Assembly: GCF_000018465.1 (NCBI RefSeq)
Contig: NC_010085.1
Location: 1,200,001 to 1,232,000 of the forward strand
DNA from: Nitrosopumilus maritimus SCM1
Lineage (GTDB): Archaea; Thermoproteota; Nitrososphaeria; Nitrososphaerales; Nitrosopumilaceae
Reading direction: 5' to 3'
DNA: 32,000 nucleotides
Positions within the stretch are counted from its first letter, which is position 1; each line of letters opens with the position of its first letter. The notes below the pieces were generated by a model that was given only the letters and a program-made list of their open reading frames with translations, was not told the origin of the DNA and ran no database searches. Below are positions 15,359 to 23,762 of the stretch, piece by piece. A program made the position numbers and the translations under genes.

Positions 15359-16840
15359 TTACTTGGGTAATGGTGTTATCATGACCAATCCAGAATTATC
15401 AGGAACAAACCTGATCATGGAAACATCGTCTCCCAAAACATTTCCCTTGGCACTAATACTGTTGGGGATTTGTCCATCAACTGTTACTGCCATTTTTGAA
15501 GTCAGAAACTCATTTGGGACATACATTACAACGTACTGAGGCCTGTCAATTACAAATGAAATTAATCCTGCCTCAGGTACAAATTGAAAGTCAGATATTA
15601 TTGCAGGACTTTGTATGTCAATTACCTTAGACGTCTCATCTACAAACTGAGGCTGAAATTTTTCTCTTTTATCTAAAGTCAGAGGCTCTTCTTCATATTT
15701 TTCTGAATCCTGAATTTCCAATTTCAGTCCTTCTAGGCAATAGTTCTGTCCTTGCTTGTTTTCAATCAGATTACATGATTTTGCGCCTTCATCAAAATTA
15801 TGATTTGTAAAGAATGCCAAAGTAGTTCCAATAGACATGCTGCATTCAGCAAAATCAATACCACTTAGTTGTGATTCTTTACAAAGATCAGACAAGACAT
15901 CTCCTGACATTCCCTGTCTGGTCAAAACATTGTCTGTATACTGCATCATGACTCCTTTCATGCAGAGTCTATTCTGATAAAACGACAAATCATGGCACAT
16001 TTGTAGTGACGAGTCCAAGTTTTCATCAAAATAATGAACCAAACCATGTCCCAGACCATGAATACAGTCCTGATAGTTTGATGTTCCTATCAAGGCATTA
16101 CAGACAGAATCATAGTCAGAGGGAAATGACTCTCCATCTTCTTGAACATCGTGAAAATATGCAGCCAATACGCCATGAAAATATCCTCCTCTGCACATGG
16201 TCCCATCCATTCCAATTAGATTTTCAATGACATCGGGATTCTCATTGAACGCCACATGTCCTACTTCATGGGATACAAAATGGCAATCGTCAATTAGTCC
16301 AATTTTTGATAATGCTATAGACAATTCCAAGGCATCAGAGTTGTTTTCTTGATTCTGAGCAACTTTGCCAAAAAATTGAGAGTAACACAACAAACGAGAT
16401 GAGCCCTCATCTATTTTTGTACAGTCCTGTATATCTTCAAGATACTTTATGGCTAGCTCTTCAGAGATTGGAATAGGAACAGCATCCCTAGAGTCTAGGA
16501 TTCCGTCATTGTCATCGTCAGGATCTATATTACTTCCTATCCCATCAAAGTCAAAATCCGACCACTCTTCAGGATTATCATCAAACACATCAAGAATATC
16601 TAAAATGCCGTCATTGTCATCGTCAGGATCACAGAGATTCCCAACAGCGTCATTATCAAAGTCTGTCTGATTCTCATTTTTGATTGTAGGACAATTATCA
16701 GAAGTATCGCTAATTCTATCTTTGTCAGCATCTGCCCTTACCAGATTTATTTCAGGAAACTCTTCAAAATTTATTGCAACAACAGTAACAGACAAGCCAA
16801 CTGCAATCATAATATGAATTATGAAAAACCTGCTAATCAA
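15359..16840 (-). CDS. Membrane-anchored or secreted protein with thrombospondin type-3-like Ca-binding repeats, a Cys/His-rich repeat region and a C-terminal beta domain
   Basis: N-terminal TM MISRFFIIHIMIAVGLSVTVVAINF (TTG start). D-rich repeats DxDxDGxxD occur twice as DPDDDNDGILD, encoded by an identical 23-nt DNA repeat at 16503-16525 and 16608-16630. About six C..G.(G)H(G)....F modules follow. Confidence 0.8.
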   Translation of the reverse strand: MISRFFIIHIMIAVGLSVTVVAINFEEFPEINLVRADADKDRISDTSDNCPTIKNENQTDFDNDAVGNLCDPDDDNDGILDILDVFDDNPEEWSDFDFDGIGSNIDPDDDNDGILDSRDAVPIPISEELAIKYLEDIQDCTKIDEGSSRLLCYSQFFGKVAQNQENNSDALELSIALSKIGLIDDCHFVSHEVGHVAFNENPDVIENLIGMDGTMCRGGYFHGVLAAYFHDVQEDGESFPSDYDSVCNALIGTSNYQDCIHGLGHGLVHYFDENLDSSLQMCHDLSFYQNRLCMKGVMMQYTDNVLTRQGMSGDVLSDLCKESQLSGIDFAECSMSIGTTLAFFTNHNFDEGAKSCNLIENKQGQNYCLEGLKLEIQDSEKYEEEPLTLDKREKFQPQFVDETSKVIDIQSPAIISDFQFVPEAGLISFVIDRPQYVVMYVPNEFLTSKMAVTVDGQIPNSISAKGNVLGDDVSMIRFVPDNSGLVMITPLPK

Positions 16841-16879
16841 TCAGTTTTTTTTAAAAAGATAAGATATACTTTGTTTGTG

Positions 16880-16895
16880 ATACAAGATTGAATTT
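16880..16895. repeat. 16-bp direct repeat ATACAAGATTGAATTT, copy 2 (40 nt upstream of the start of the 15359-16840 gene)
   Basis: Identical to 15265-15280. Confidence 0.6.
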
Positions 16896-17101
16896 AAATT
16901 GTATTTTCAGAAATAGTTTTAAAAATAAACTAAAAACAGGCAGGAATGATTTGTTCCACAGTCAAAAAAATTTCAGACATTTTGATTTGTAGTTAACCAG
17001 AGCATCCTATGATACAAGTCTAGATCTGACAAAATAAAATTTACCAACATTATGTAATAATTTGTAGAATAGATTAAATTCGTGATTTGGCAAGTTAGTT
17101 C

Positions 17102-17617
17102 ATGGACGAAGTGCTGGCATCTCCAAAAGAGAAGATTTTGGACTTTATAATAAACAATCCAGGGTCTCATTTGAGAATGATAAAAAAGAATGTTCAGTTC
17201 TCTATGGGTACAGTTCAATACCATCTAAACACACTTGAAAAAGAAGGCAAGATAAAATCAAGTAAAACAAGATTTTACAAAAATTACTACCACATAAACG
17301 AGTCTGATGAAAAACTGTTATCTGTTTTCAACTTGGAATCCCCACGAAGCATAATCATGTATTTGCTTCAACATCAGCCATCTACGCATCAGGAGATAGC
17401 AAAAGGAATAGAGTTATCATCATCAACTGTGAGCTGGCACATGAAAAGATTGTTAGAATCAAATATTGTAGAATCAGAATACTCAGGAAAATATACCCTA
17501 TATCGTCTAGTTGACAGAGAAAAAGTGTTAGAGAATCTCAAAAAATGCAGTTCAACAACATGGAACTCTATGATCAACAGCATGGTAGATATATTTTCAG
17601 CATTTGAGCAGAAATAG
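17102..17617 (+). CDS. Transcriptional regulator with two tandem winged-helix (ArsR-like) domains
   Basis: Two copies of the pattern: ILDFIINNPGSHLRMIKKNVQFSMGTVQYHLNTLEKEGKIK and IIMYLLQHQPSTHQEIAKGIELSSSTVSWHMKRLLESNIVE. Confidence 0.75.
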   Translation: MDEVLASPKEKILDFIINNPGSHLRMIKKNVQFSMGTVQYHLNTLEKEGKIKSSKTRFYKNYYHINESDEKLLSVFNLESPRSIIMYLLQHQPSTHQEIAKGIELSSSTVSWHMKRLLESNIVESEYSGKYTLYRLVDREKVLENLKKCSSTTWNSMINSMVDIFSAFEQK

Positions 17618-17628
17618 TCAGATGCATA

Positions 17629-18000
17629 ATGTTAGAGCCATACCTGCTAGCGATATCAAATATTTTTCTGCAGCTTGACTACATCAATCCTTTTGATGAT
17701 CCTAGTGACATTGTAACACAGGACGACGTTATTGCAGGATCTGTGACAGTTGCAATTGCAGGACTGTCCATATTTTTGACAGTGATGGCAGTTTCAGCTT
17801 ATAGAAAAACAGGAGTCTCACAATTAAAGTATGTTGCATTGGCATTTTCGCTGTTTACTATTTATCTAATAACAGAAGCGCTACAGGAATTATTTCCAAT
17901 TGATGATGACTCTTTTGACTTGTTCTTGTCAATAATCATGATGGCAATTCTGATCAGTTTCTTTTTTGGAATAATGAGAAAAAAGAAAAACAACATCTAA
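17629..18000 (+). CDS. Small integral membrane protein (3 predicted TM), unknown function
   Basis: 123 aa with three hydrophobic segments and a basic C-terminus. It starts 11 nt after the wHTH gene. Confidence 0.6.
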   Translation: MLEPYLLAISNIFLQLDYINPFDDPSDIVTQDDVIAGSVTVAIAGLSIFLTVMAVSAYRKTGVSQLKYVALAFSLFTIYLITEALQELFPIDDDSFDLFLSIIMMAILISFFFGIMRKKKNNI

Positions 18001-18184
18001 AGACTTGTCTGGTCTTTGTTTTTAGATTTAAAATCAATATTTAACATGTTTTCGTGTAAAAATTATCAAAGCTTTAGTTACGTGTGCCGACATATTGAAT
18101 AAAATTTTGCATGAGCTCTTTTTATTTTTGAAATCGAATCTTGCACCATAAAGTAATTTTAATACAGAGCATATTTCAGAACAA

Positions 18185-19645
18185 ATGAATAGCATTAGAT
18201 TGTTTTCAATATCTAGTGTAACAGCAATTTTTTTGTTGCTTTCTTTGTCCGTGTTTGTTCCCGTGTTAGGAGAAATTGCACCGCCAAACAAACAGATGAA
18301 ATTAGGAGTACTTGCCGAGGATGTAATTTGCAAGGAAGGATTACAGCTAATGATTAGAAGCAGTGGAAATGCCATATGTGTAAAAGATTCTTCTACAACT
18401 CGCCTAGCTGACTCTGGTTCTGCAATAGTTGTCCCAAACAATCCAATTCCTCTCATAGAAAAACAAACAGAGGAATCTGAAAATACAGTGCAAGATGAAA
18501 TTACTCAAAAGGCTGAAAAAACCATAGTAATTGAGCCTACAAACGTAGGTTACTTTCCTGGCGATACAATTGATTTTTCAGGCAAGGCAAGAGGTAACCA
18601 GAATCTTGAGATAACCTTGATTGATCCTAACGAAAAAGAGGTTTTCACGGAGGTTTTTGAATTGGACTCTTCTGGTAATGTGAGCTTCCAAATAGTAACT
18701 GAGACTTTTTTTGTAGAGGGACGTTACTTTCTGATTGCAGAACAAAGTGATGACTCTGAAATAACACCTGTAACTATTGGACATAATTCTAATGACATTC
18801 AATTGGTAGTGGATGATTTTTACAACAAATTAGATTCCGAATTATTAATTGAGATGTATAGTGATCCTCTGTCCACAGTAGAGTTGGCAGTGTATGATTA
18901 TGCAGAACATGAAAAATTTAGATCTGACATCACCGTCAATTCAAATGGCTATGCGGAAACTACCATAGATCTGAGCGGATACAAGTCAGGAGTTTACTCT
19001 GCAGTGCTAACACATGGAACCGAAGATGTTGATGTAGATTTTGCAGTGGGTCTAAAAACAGGTTCCACCTTACCAATAACACTCAGTGTCACCAAAGAAC
19101 ACTATGTTCCTAATGAACGGGTTCTAATTTTTGGAACAGCAAGTAGTAATTCTGCAGTTACATTAGATGTGATAAATCCTGATGGTGATCTTGTTCACGA
19201 GATTGAATCATACTCTGATGCATCTGGAAAAATTTCAACCATGTTTAATCTTCCTACAAGTGCAGCTACAGGAGAATGGAAGATAGCAACTACAGGAAGA
19301 TCCATAGTTAACGAAGCCACTTTTCATGTAACCGGAAATGATCCCCCATTGTCTTTTGAGATAGACAAGGTAGAGCCATACGAGACAGGAGATGTTTTAA
19401 CATTGGTGGGAAGTGGCGTAGACACCGTATCTAAAATTGCAATTAGCATCACATCAGGTGAAGTAATAGAAAAATTCGAGGTGTTTGCTACAGAAGACGG
19501 GGATTTCTCTTTAAGTTGGAGCATTCCTGAGGATTTAGAGTCAGGAACACATACCATTACTGTTGATGACAACATTACAACAGTTACCAAAAACTTTGAG
19601 GTCATTAACCCTCTCTATGAGAAAAGTTATTTTACATCTCCATGA
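18185..19645 (+). CDS. Secreted protein with an N-terminal Cys-pair module and several Ig-like / MG2-like beta repeats (adhesin-like)
   Basis: Signal peptide MNSIRLFSISSVTAIFLLLSLSVFVPVLG, then PPNKQMKLGVLAEDVICKEGLQLMIRSSGNAICVK. About 90-aa repeats follow with the pattern G(D/E)...(I/L)...G.....V.(I/L).(I/V).(D/N)P.G. Confidence 0.75.
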   Translation: MNSIRLFSISSVTAIFLLLSLSVFVPVLGEIAPPNKQMKLGVLAEDVICKEGLQLMIRSSGNAICVKDSSTTRLADSGSAIVVPNNPIPLIEKQTEESENTVQDEITQKAEKTIVIEPTNVGYFPGDTIDFSGKARGNQNLEITLIDPNEKEVFTEVFELDSSGNVSFQIVTETFFVEGRYFLIAEQSDDSEITPVTIGHNSNDIQLVVDDFYNKLDSELLIEMYSDPLSTVELAVYDYAEHEKFRSDITVNSNGYAETTIDLSGYKSGVYSAVLTHGTEDVDVDFAVGLKTGSTLPITLSVTKEHYVPNERVLIFGTASSNSAVTLDVINPDGDLVHEIESYSDASGKISTMFNLPTSAATGEWKIATTGRSIVNEATFHVTGNDPPLSFEIDKVEPYETGDVLTLVGSGVDTVSKIAISITSGEVIEKFEVFATEDGDFSLSWSIPEDLESGTHTITVDDNITTVTKNFEVINPLYEKSYFTSP

Positions 19646-19853
19646 TTTTCTCTTGCACTGATTCTTTTAATCAAACACAACCAGCAATGTAATCAATTCA
19701 ATCAGAATTTTACAAGTATTGAAATCTTTTAAGGTATGATTAACTAGTTGCTATTTTTTTAATACAATCATCAATCTGACTCTACTAATTTCAGATGAAT
19801 TGATCATTTTTTTGAATATTCCAAATTAACTTTATTTTTATAAAATCAATTTC

Positions 19854-20738
19854 ATGTTAAAAATTACATCTACAGTATTGCTCTCATGCATGATTGCAAT
19901 ATCAATGACTAGCATATCATGGGCTGAAGAAAATTTCATGCTGACAATCAGCAGTTTGTCTGAATATGAGGAAGGCCAACATTCAATCATTAATGGCAAA
20001 ACAGAAACATTGGACGGCAAGCCGGTATCTGAAGTAACAATTCATGTGTACTTTCCATCTGAAATCATTAAAACATCTACAAACGCTACCGGACAATTTT
20101 CGGTAACGTCTCCACTGCCAGTCAAAGTTGGAGAAAAAGACATTGAAGTATATGCTCGAAAAGACAACAAACAGGCAAATTCACAAATTACATACAATGT
20201 AATTGAAAGCAAGCCGATAATCATTCAGGAAGCAAAACAGACTAAGCCAGAATCAAAGAAACCAAAAGAGATAGATCCTTTCTCAAAAATGATTCAAGAG
20301 CTTGAAAAACAAAAGGCAGAGAAAATAGAAAGAGAGACAAGCATCAAAGAACAGCAGGAAATCAGCGAGAAAAGAAGACTGGCGCAAAAAGACCTACAAA
20401 ACGATCTGACAGAGTCTGAAAAAAGAAACGAGGTAAACAGTCCTCGAAATGTCTTCTACAGATTCATACAAGAAGTAGATAGTTCTGTCAGAGGAATATT
20501 CTGGCAACAATTCTTGTTTACAGAAAGGATTACTCAGCAGGCACATGAAGCCAAAGAAATGGCACTAAAAGACGGAAGAACGTCATTTGAAGCCATGAAA
20601 ATCTTTCAAAACGAGGCTGCAGTAACCCAACAAGAAGTTATGGAATTTAACAAGAATCTGAGCATGCAATATGGAAACGCCACAGAAAGCATTCAAAACA
20701 TGTTTGATGAGAATGGGAAACTTCCTAGGGAAGACTAG
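19854..20738 (+). CDS. Secreted protein with an N-terminal carboxypeptidase-regulatory-like beta domain and a Glu/Lys-rich coiled-coil C-terminal half
   Basis: A signal peptide ending in SWA. INGKTETLDGKPVSEVTIHVYF...TNATGQFSV is a CarboxypepD_reg-like pattern. The C-terminus is a charged helical region. Confidence 0.65.
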   Translation: MLKITSTVLLSCMIAISMTSISWAEENFMLTISSLSEYEEGQHSIINGKTETLDGKPVSEVTIHVYFPSEIIKTSTNATGQFSVTSPLPVKVGEKDIEVYARKDNKQANSQITYNVIESKPIIIQEAKQTKPESKKPKEIDPFSKMIQELEKQKAEKIERETSIKEQQEISEKRRLAQKDLQNDLTESEKRNEVNSPRNVFYRFIQEVDSSVRGIFWQQFLFTERITQQAHEAKEMALKDGRTSFEAMKIFQNEAAVTQQEVMEFNKNLSMQYGNATESIQNMFDENGKLPRED

Positions 20739-20814
20739 CATTTGAGAACAATTTTTTCATTTAGTCCAATTGCAAATCAAGTTTGAATACAAAAAAATGA
20801 GAATTGAATCTCAG

Positions 20815-21078
20815 CTACTTTGTTTGAGAAGCTCGTTTTTGTGCTTTCTTGTAGTCTGCTTTCTTTTTTCTTGCAGTTTTTTCAGCAGTTCTTAGTGCTT
20901 TTTTCAAACTTTTGATCTTGTTGTTTGCTTTTTGTAGATCTCGTTTTCTTTTGTTTGCTACTAGTGTTGCTCTGCGTTTTGCCTTGCTGACAGGCTTTGA
21001 ACGTCTTACAGTCTTCTTAGATTTAGAAGCAGTTTTTCTAGTAGAACGTCGTTTGGTAGCACGTTTCTTTGTTGCCAT
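20815..21078 (-). CDS. Very basic Lys/Arg-rich small protein (probable nucleic-acid binding)
   Basis: MATKKRATKRRSTRKTASKSKKTVRRSKPVSKAKRR... is rich in K and R throughout. The track start at 21096 adds an implausible MFCHYF; the ATG at 21078 is preferred. Low-complexity composition, so coding status is less certain. Confidence 0.5.
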   Translation of the reverse strand: MATKKRATKRRSTRKTASKSKKTVRRSKPVSKAKRRATLVANKRKRDLQKANNKIKSLKKALRTAEKTARKKKADYKKAQKRASQTK

Positions 21079-21244
21079 AAAGTAATGACAAAACATGTTA
21101 ACTAAATAGAGGACATATCAGATAATTTTGAAGCAAACTCAACTTTTTTGAATCCTTTTCATGCAAATTTGTTGAAATAATTAGAGTCATAATTGTTTTC
21201 AATAAACCGATCATTACATTAAAGATGAATCCGATAAAACAGCA

Positions 21245-22054
21245 GTGAGAAAATACAAGCCTACAATTTCTTACAGACTAAAGGAAATACCAATTAAACA
21301 GATCAAAGTGTGGAAGGAAGCACAAGCTCGCAAGCTAGACAGAGAAAACATTTCAGAACTTGCAAAATCAATTAAAAATGAAGGGTTGCTAAATCCTCCC
21401 CTAGTTCAAAAAGAAGGCAAAAACACTTTTTTGTTAATGTCAGGGCAGCGAAGGCTTGCCGCAATGAAGAGACTTGGCGCAAAAAAAATCCCAGTACATG
21501 TGCTCACAAAGCAGACATCATATAATCTAGAGAACGCAAAGGCAGCATCAGTTGTTGAAAACATACACAGAAACGACATGAATCACAAAGAAATTGCAGA
21601 TTCTTGCAAATTTTTGACAGAGCAGATGGGAAAATCAGCTGCTGCAAGATCTATGGGCATGTCATTGCCAACCCTGAACAAGTATCTTGGATTTTCAGGC
21701 GTTCCAAACAGACTAAAGCTACTGGTACCAAAAGTTCTTTCGCGCGACGAGATGACAAAAGTATATCGAATCATACCAAACATTACAAAAGCAGAAAAAA
21801 TAGCACAAAGAATCTCAAAGCTAGACTCGGGGTTGAAAAAGAAATACATCCAAGCGTTATCCCAATCACCAAAATCATCGCATCAAAAATTGCTAAAGCG
21901 TGCAAAATCAATGCGTATAAAACGGAATTTGTCATTTAAGATCTCAAAAACAAATGCAAAAAGACTTGCAACAGTATCAAACAAAAAGGACATGTCACCT
22001 GATGAATTTGCAGGAAAAATCATTTCAGACTATCTAAAACGTAAAAGAAGATAA
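21245..22054 (+). CDS. ParB/Srx-domain plus HTH protein (ParB-like), with no ParA partner in the window
   Basis: IPIKQIKVW...LAKSIKNEGLLNPPLV...LMSGQRRLAAMKRLG is the ParB N-terminal domain with a GxRR box. MGKSAAARSMGMSLPTLNKYLGF is the HTH. The C-terminal tail is basic. GTG start. Confidence 0.75.
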   Translation: MRKYKPTISYRLKEIPIKQIKVWKEAQARKLDRENISELAKSIKNEGLLNPPLVQKEGKNTFLLMSGQRRLAAMKRLGAKKIPVHVLTKQTSYNLENAKAASVVENIHRNDMNHKEIADSCKFLTEQMGKSAAARSMGMSLPTLNKYLGFSGVPNRLKLLVPKVLSRDEMTKVYRIIPNITKAEKIAQRISKLDSGLKKKYIQALSQSPKSSHQKLLKRAKSMRIKRNLSFKISKTNAKRLATVSNKKDMSPDEFAGKIISDYLKRKRR

Positions 22055-22074
22055 TAAGAAAGAGGAATTAGTTT

Positions 22075-22167
22075 TTAGTCTTCACAATATTTTGCAGGCC
22101 TTCCAAATTTATCACTACAAAGCTCACATGGGTCATCCAGATGACACTCTGGCAAATAACAGCTCAT
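22075..22167 (-). CDS. 30-aa Cys-rich small ORF (MSCYLPECHLDDPCELCSDKFGRPAKYCED), below the ORF-track length cutoff
   Basis: Its ATG (22167-22165) overlaps the TGA stop (22166-22164) of the upstream USP gene in an ATGA arrangement. It has five Cys, including a CxxC. Confidence 0.35.
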   Translation of the reverse strand: MSCYLPECHLDDPCELCSDKFGRPAKYCED

Positions 22168-22601
22168 TGTATCCTCAACAAAGAACAATTAAGATTCCTT
22201 GAAATTTTGTCAACAACACTCTGGTGAATCTCAGTAGTATTGATGTTCTCAGACGGATTCATAACCACCAGGTCAACGTCACTTTTGTTTGCATAATCTA
22301 TAATGTATTGATGGGGATCATCCTCTATTTTTTCTATTTTTGTTGCAACATTAGCACCATACTTTTTTGCAATTTCTCTAAATTTAGAAGCCTCGTTTTC
22401 AGCGATATTTACATCTCTTGCGGCATCTATCTTGTCTTGTTTTGTTTTAAAGAACATGAATTTTGGAATCTTTTTTTCCACACATTGCAAAATTGTGATT
22501 TTTCCTCCAAGATTTCCCGCAATTTTTGACGCAGTAGTAATGGACTTGAGGCCTTTTTCAGAATTGTCAAAGGGTACCAAAATATGCTTGAATTCAGTCA
22601 T
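22164..22601 (-). CDS. Universal stress protein (UspA family)
   Basis: ILVPFDNSEKGLKSITTASKIA...ITILQCVE...DLVVM is the USP fold pattern. The G-x2-G-x9-G(S/T) ATP motif is not recognisable. Confidence 0.85.
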   Translation of the reverse strand: MTEFKHILVPFDNSEKGLKSITTASKIAGNLGGKITILQCVEKKIPKFMFFKTKQDKIDAARDVNIAENEASKFREIAKKYGANVATKIEKIEDDPHQYIIDYANKSDVDLVVMNPSENINTTEIHQSVVDKISRNLNCSLLRIQ

Positions 22602-22736
22602 GATTTTTGTTGTGGGACAATATTGATTAGTAGTCCTAAGCTTATTAGCTGAATTTCAATATCAGAGCTTACTGCCAGTTATTAGATACAAAATCCTAGA
22701 ATGTAATGCAGATAAACAATTTTTCACATTACAATA

Positions 22737-23168
22737 ATGAATATAAAAAATCCACGAATTAAACCAGGACACGTGTTACGCGTGCCTAAAAAAAGAAAGG
22801 TGAGAGTCAATCCGTTAGGAATTGACAAAAAACGATTAGTAAAGAATCATGGAAGCCCTAAGATCACAAACATATCCAAACAAAGAAAAAACAAGCAGAA
22901 TCAGAACAAAAAGCATTCAAACATAAGAGAAAAAATTAAAGATGAAAAACAGATCTTATTAAAAGATTCTGAAAAACTAAAACAAAATCTCAAGAAGCTG
23001 CAAACTCTTGTAATCTCCATGTCAGGATTAGAAAAACTGAGCAAAGACTCGATTAGAAGAATACAGCAAAAGCGTCAAAAAATATGTAAAGAAAATGAAA
23101 GACTGTTCAAAAAAATCAATTCATCTGCCAAGCGACTCTCAGAACTTGAAACAAAATTTGGCCGTTAA
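22737..23168 (+). CDS. Basic protein with a Lys/Asn-rich N-terminal half and a coiled-coil C-terminal half, unknown function
   Basis: 143-aa ORF. There is no competing ORF, but the composition is low-complexity. Confidence 0.5.
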   Translation: MNIKNPRIKPGHVLRVPKKRKVRVNPLGIDKKRLVKNHGSPKITNISKQRKNKQNQNKKHSNIREKIKDEKQILLKDSEKLKQNLKKLQTLVISMSGLEKLSKDSIRRIQQKRQKICKENERLFKKINSSAKRLSELETKFGR

Positions 23169-23211
23169 GTAATTTTTTTTCTCCAAGTATTAAATAGAAT
23201 CATCATAAATT

Positions 23212-23658
23212 ATGTTCATGGTAATAAAAATCAAAAAAATTCTAGTTCCATACGATGCAACACCTAGTAGCGAAAAGGCTGTCAAAAAAGTGCTGCCTCT
23301 AATTGAGAAGCATGACTCAAAGATTCTATTTTTATCGTGTGTACATGACAAGGCGACATTTGGATTCTTTAAGACAAAGTCTGATAAACGCGAGATTGCC
23401 AAGGAAAAGAAAAAAGCTGAGAGACATCATGAAAGGCTGAAAAAAGAAGCAGCAAAATTTGGCATTCCTTCAAGCTCAAAGATAATCAAGAGTGATTTGG
23501 AATCAAAATCAATCATTGAATATGCAAAAGATCAAAACGCGGATTTAATTGTGATGAGTAAATCAAAAATCGGAACACATGCTGAAAAAATGTACTACAA
23601 CAGTACAGTTGATGCCGTTTTCAAAAAAACGCCATGTCCCTTTCTATACATCCCATAA
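23212..23658 (+). CDS. Universal stress protein (UspA family)
   Basis: ILVPYDATPSSEKAVKKVLPLIEKHDSKILFLSCV...DLIVMSKSKIGTHAEK...TPCPFLYI. The true start may be the Met at 23218. Confidence 0.85.
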   Translation: MFMVIKIKKILVPYDATPSSEKAVKKVLPLIEKHDSKILFLSCVHDKATFGFFKTKSDKREIAKEKKKAERHHERLKKEAAKFGIPSSSKIIKSDLESKSIIEYAKDQNADLIVMSKSKIGTHAEKMYYNSTVDAVFKKTPCPFLYIP

Positions 23659-23762
23659 GCGATTGTAACTTGGACATCCCACAAAGGGATACTTTTAGCT
23701 GTTTGGAATTCAGGCCAAAATCTCATCAGGATTATTCCATCACAAAGAACATATTTTAAAAA

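Noticed and set aside
16256-16270. HEVGH (HExxH) motif suggesting a zinc metalloprotease
   Set aside because: The motif is one instance of a six-fold C..G.(G)H(G)....F repeat, not an isolated active-site helix. No third ligand or Met-turn context can be identified, so I did not call a protease.
16973-17224. 83-aa minus-strand ORF in the 16841-17101 intergenic region
   Set aside because: It overlaps the start of the wHTH gene and consists of AT-rich codons without features. The region is better explained as a divergent promoter.
18034-18456. 140-aa minus-strand ORF spanning the 18001-18184 intergenic region and the start of the secreted-protein gene
   Set aside because: It overlaps the signal-peptide-bearing plus-strand gene, has no motifs, and its coding potential looks poor. 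It is most likely a shadow ORF.
21583-21939. ORFs 21583-21849 (minus) and 21604-21939 (plus, alternative frame) inside the ParB-like gene
   Set aside because: The ParB/Srx plus HTH frame explains the region. The alternative frames give low-complexity sequences with no motifs.
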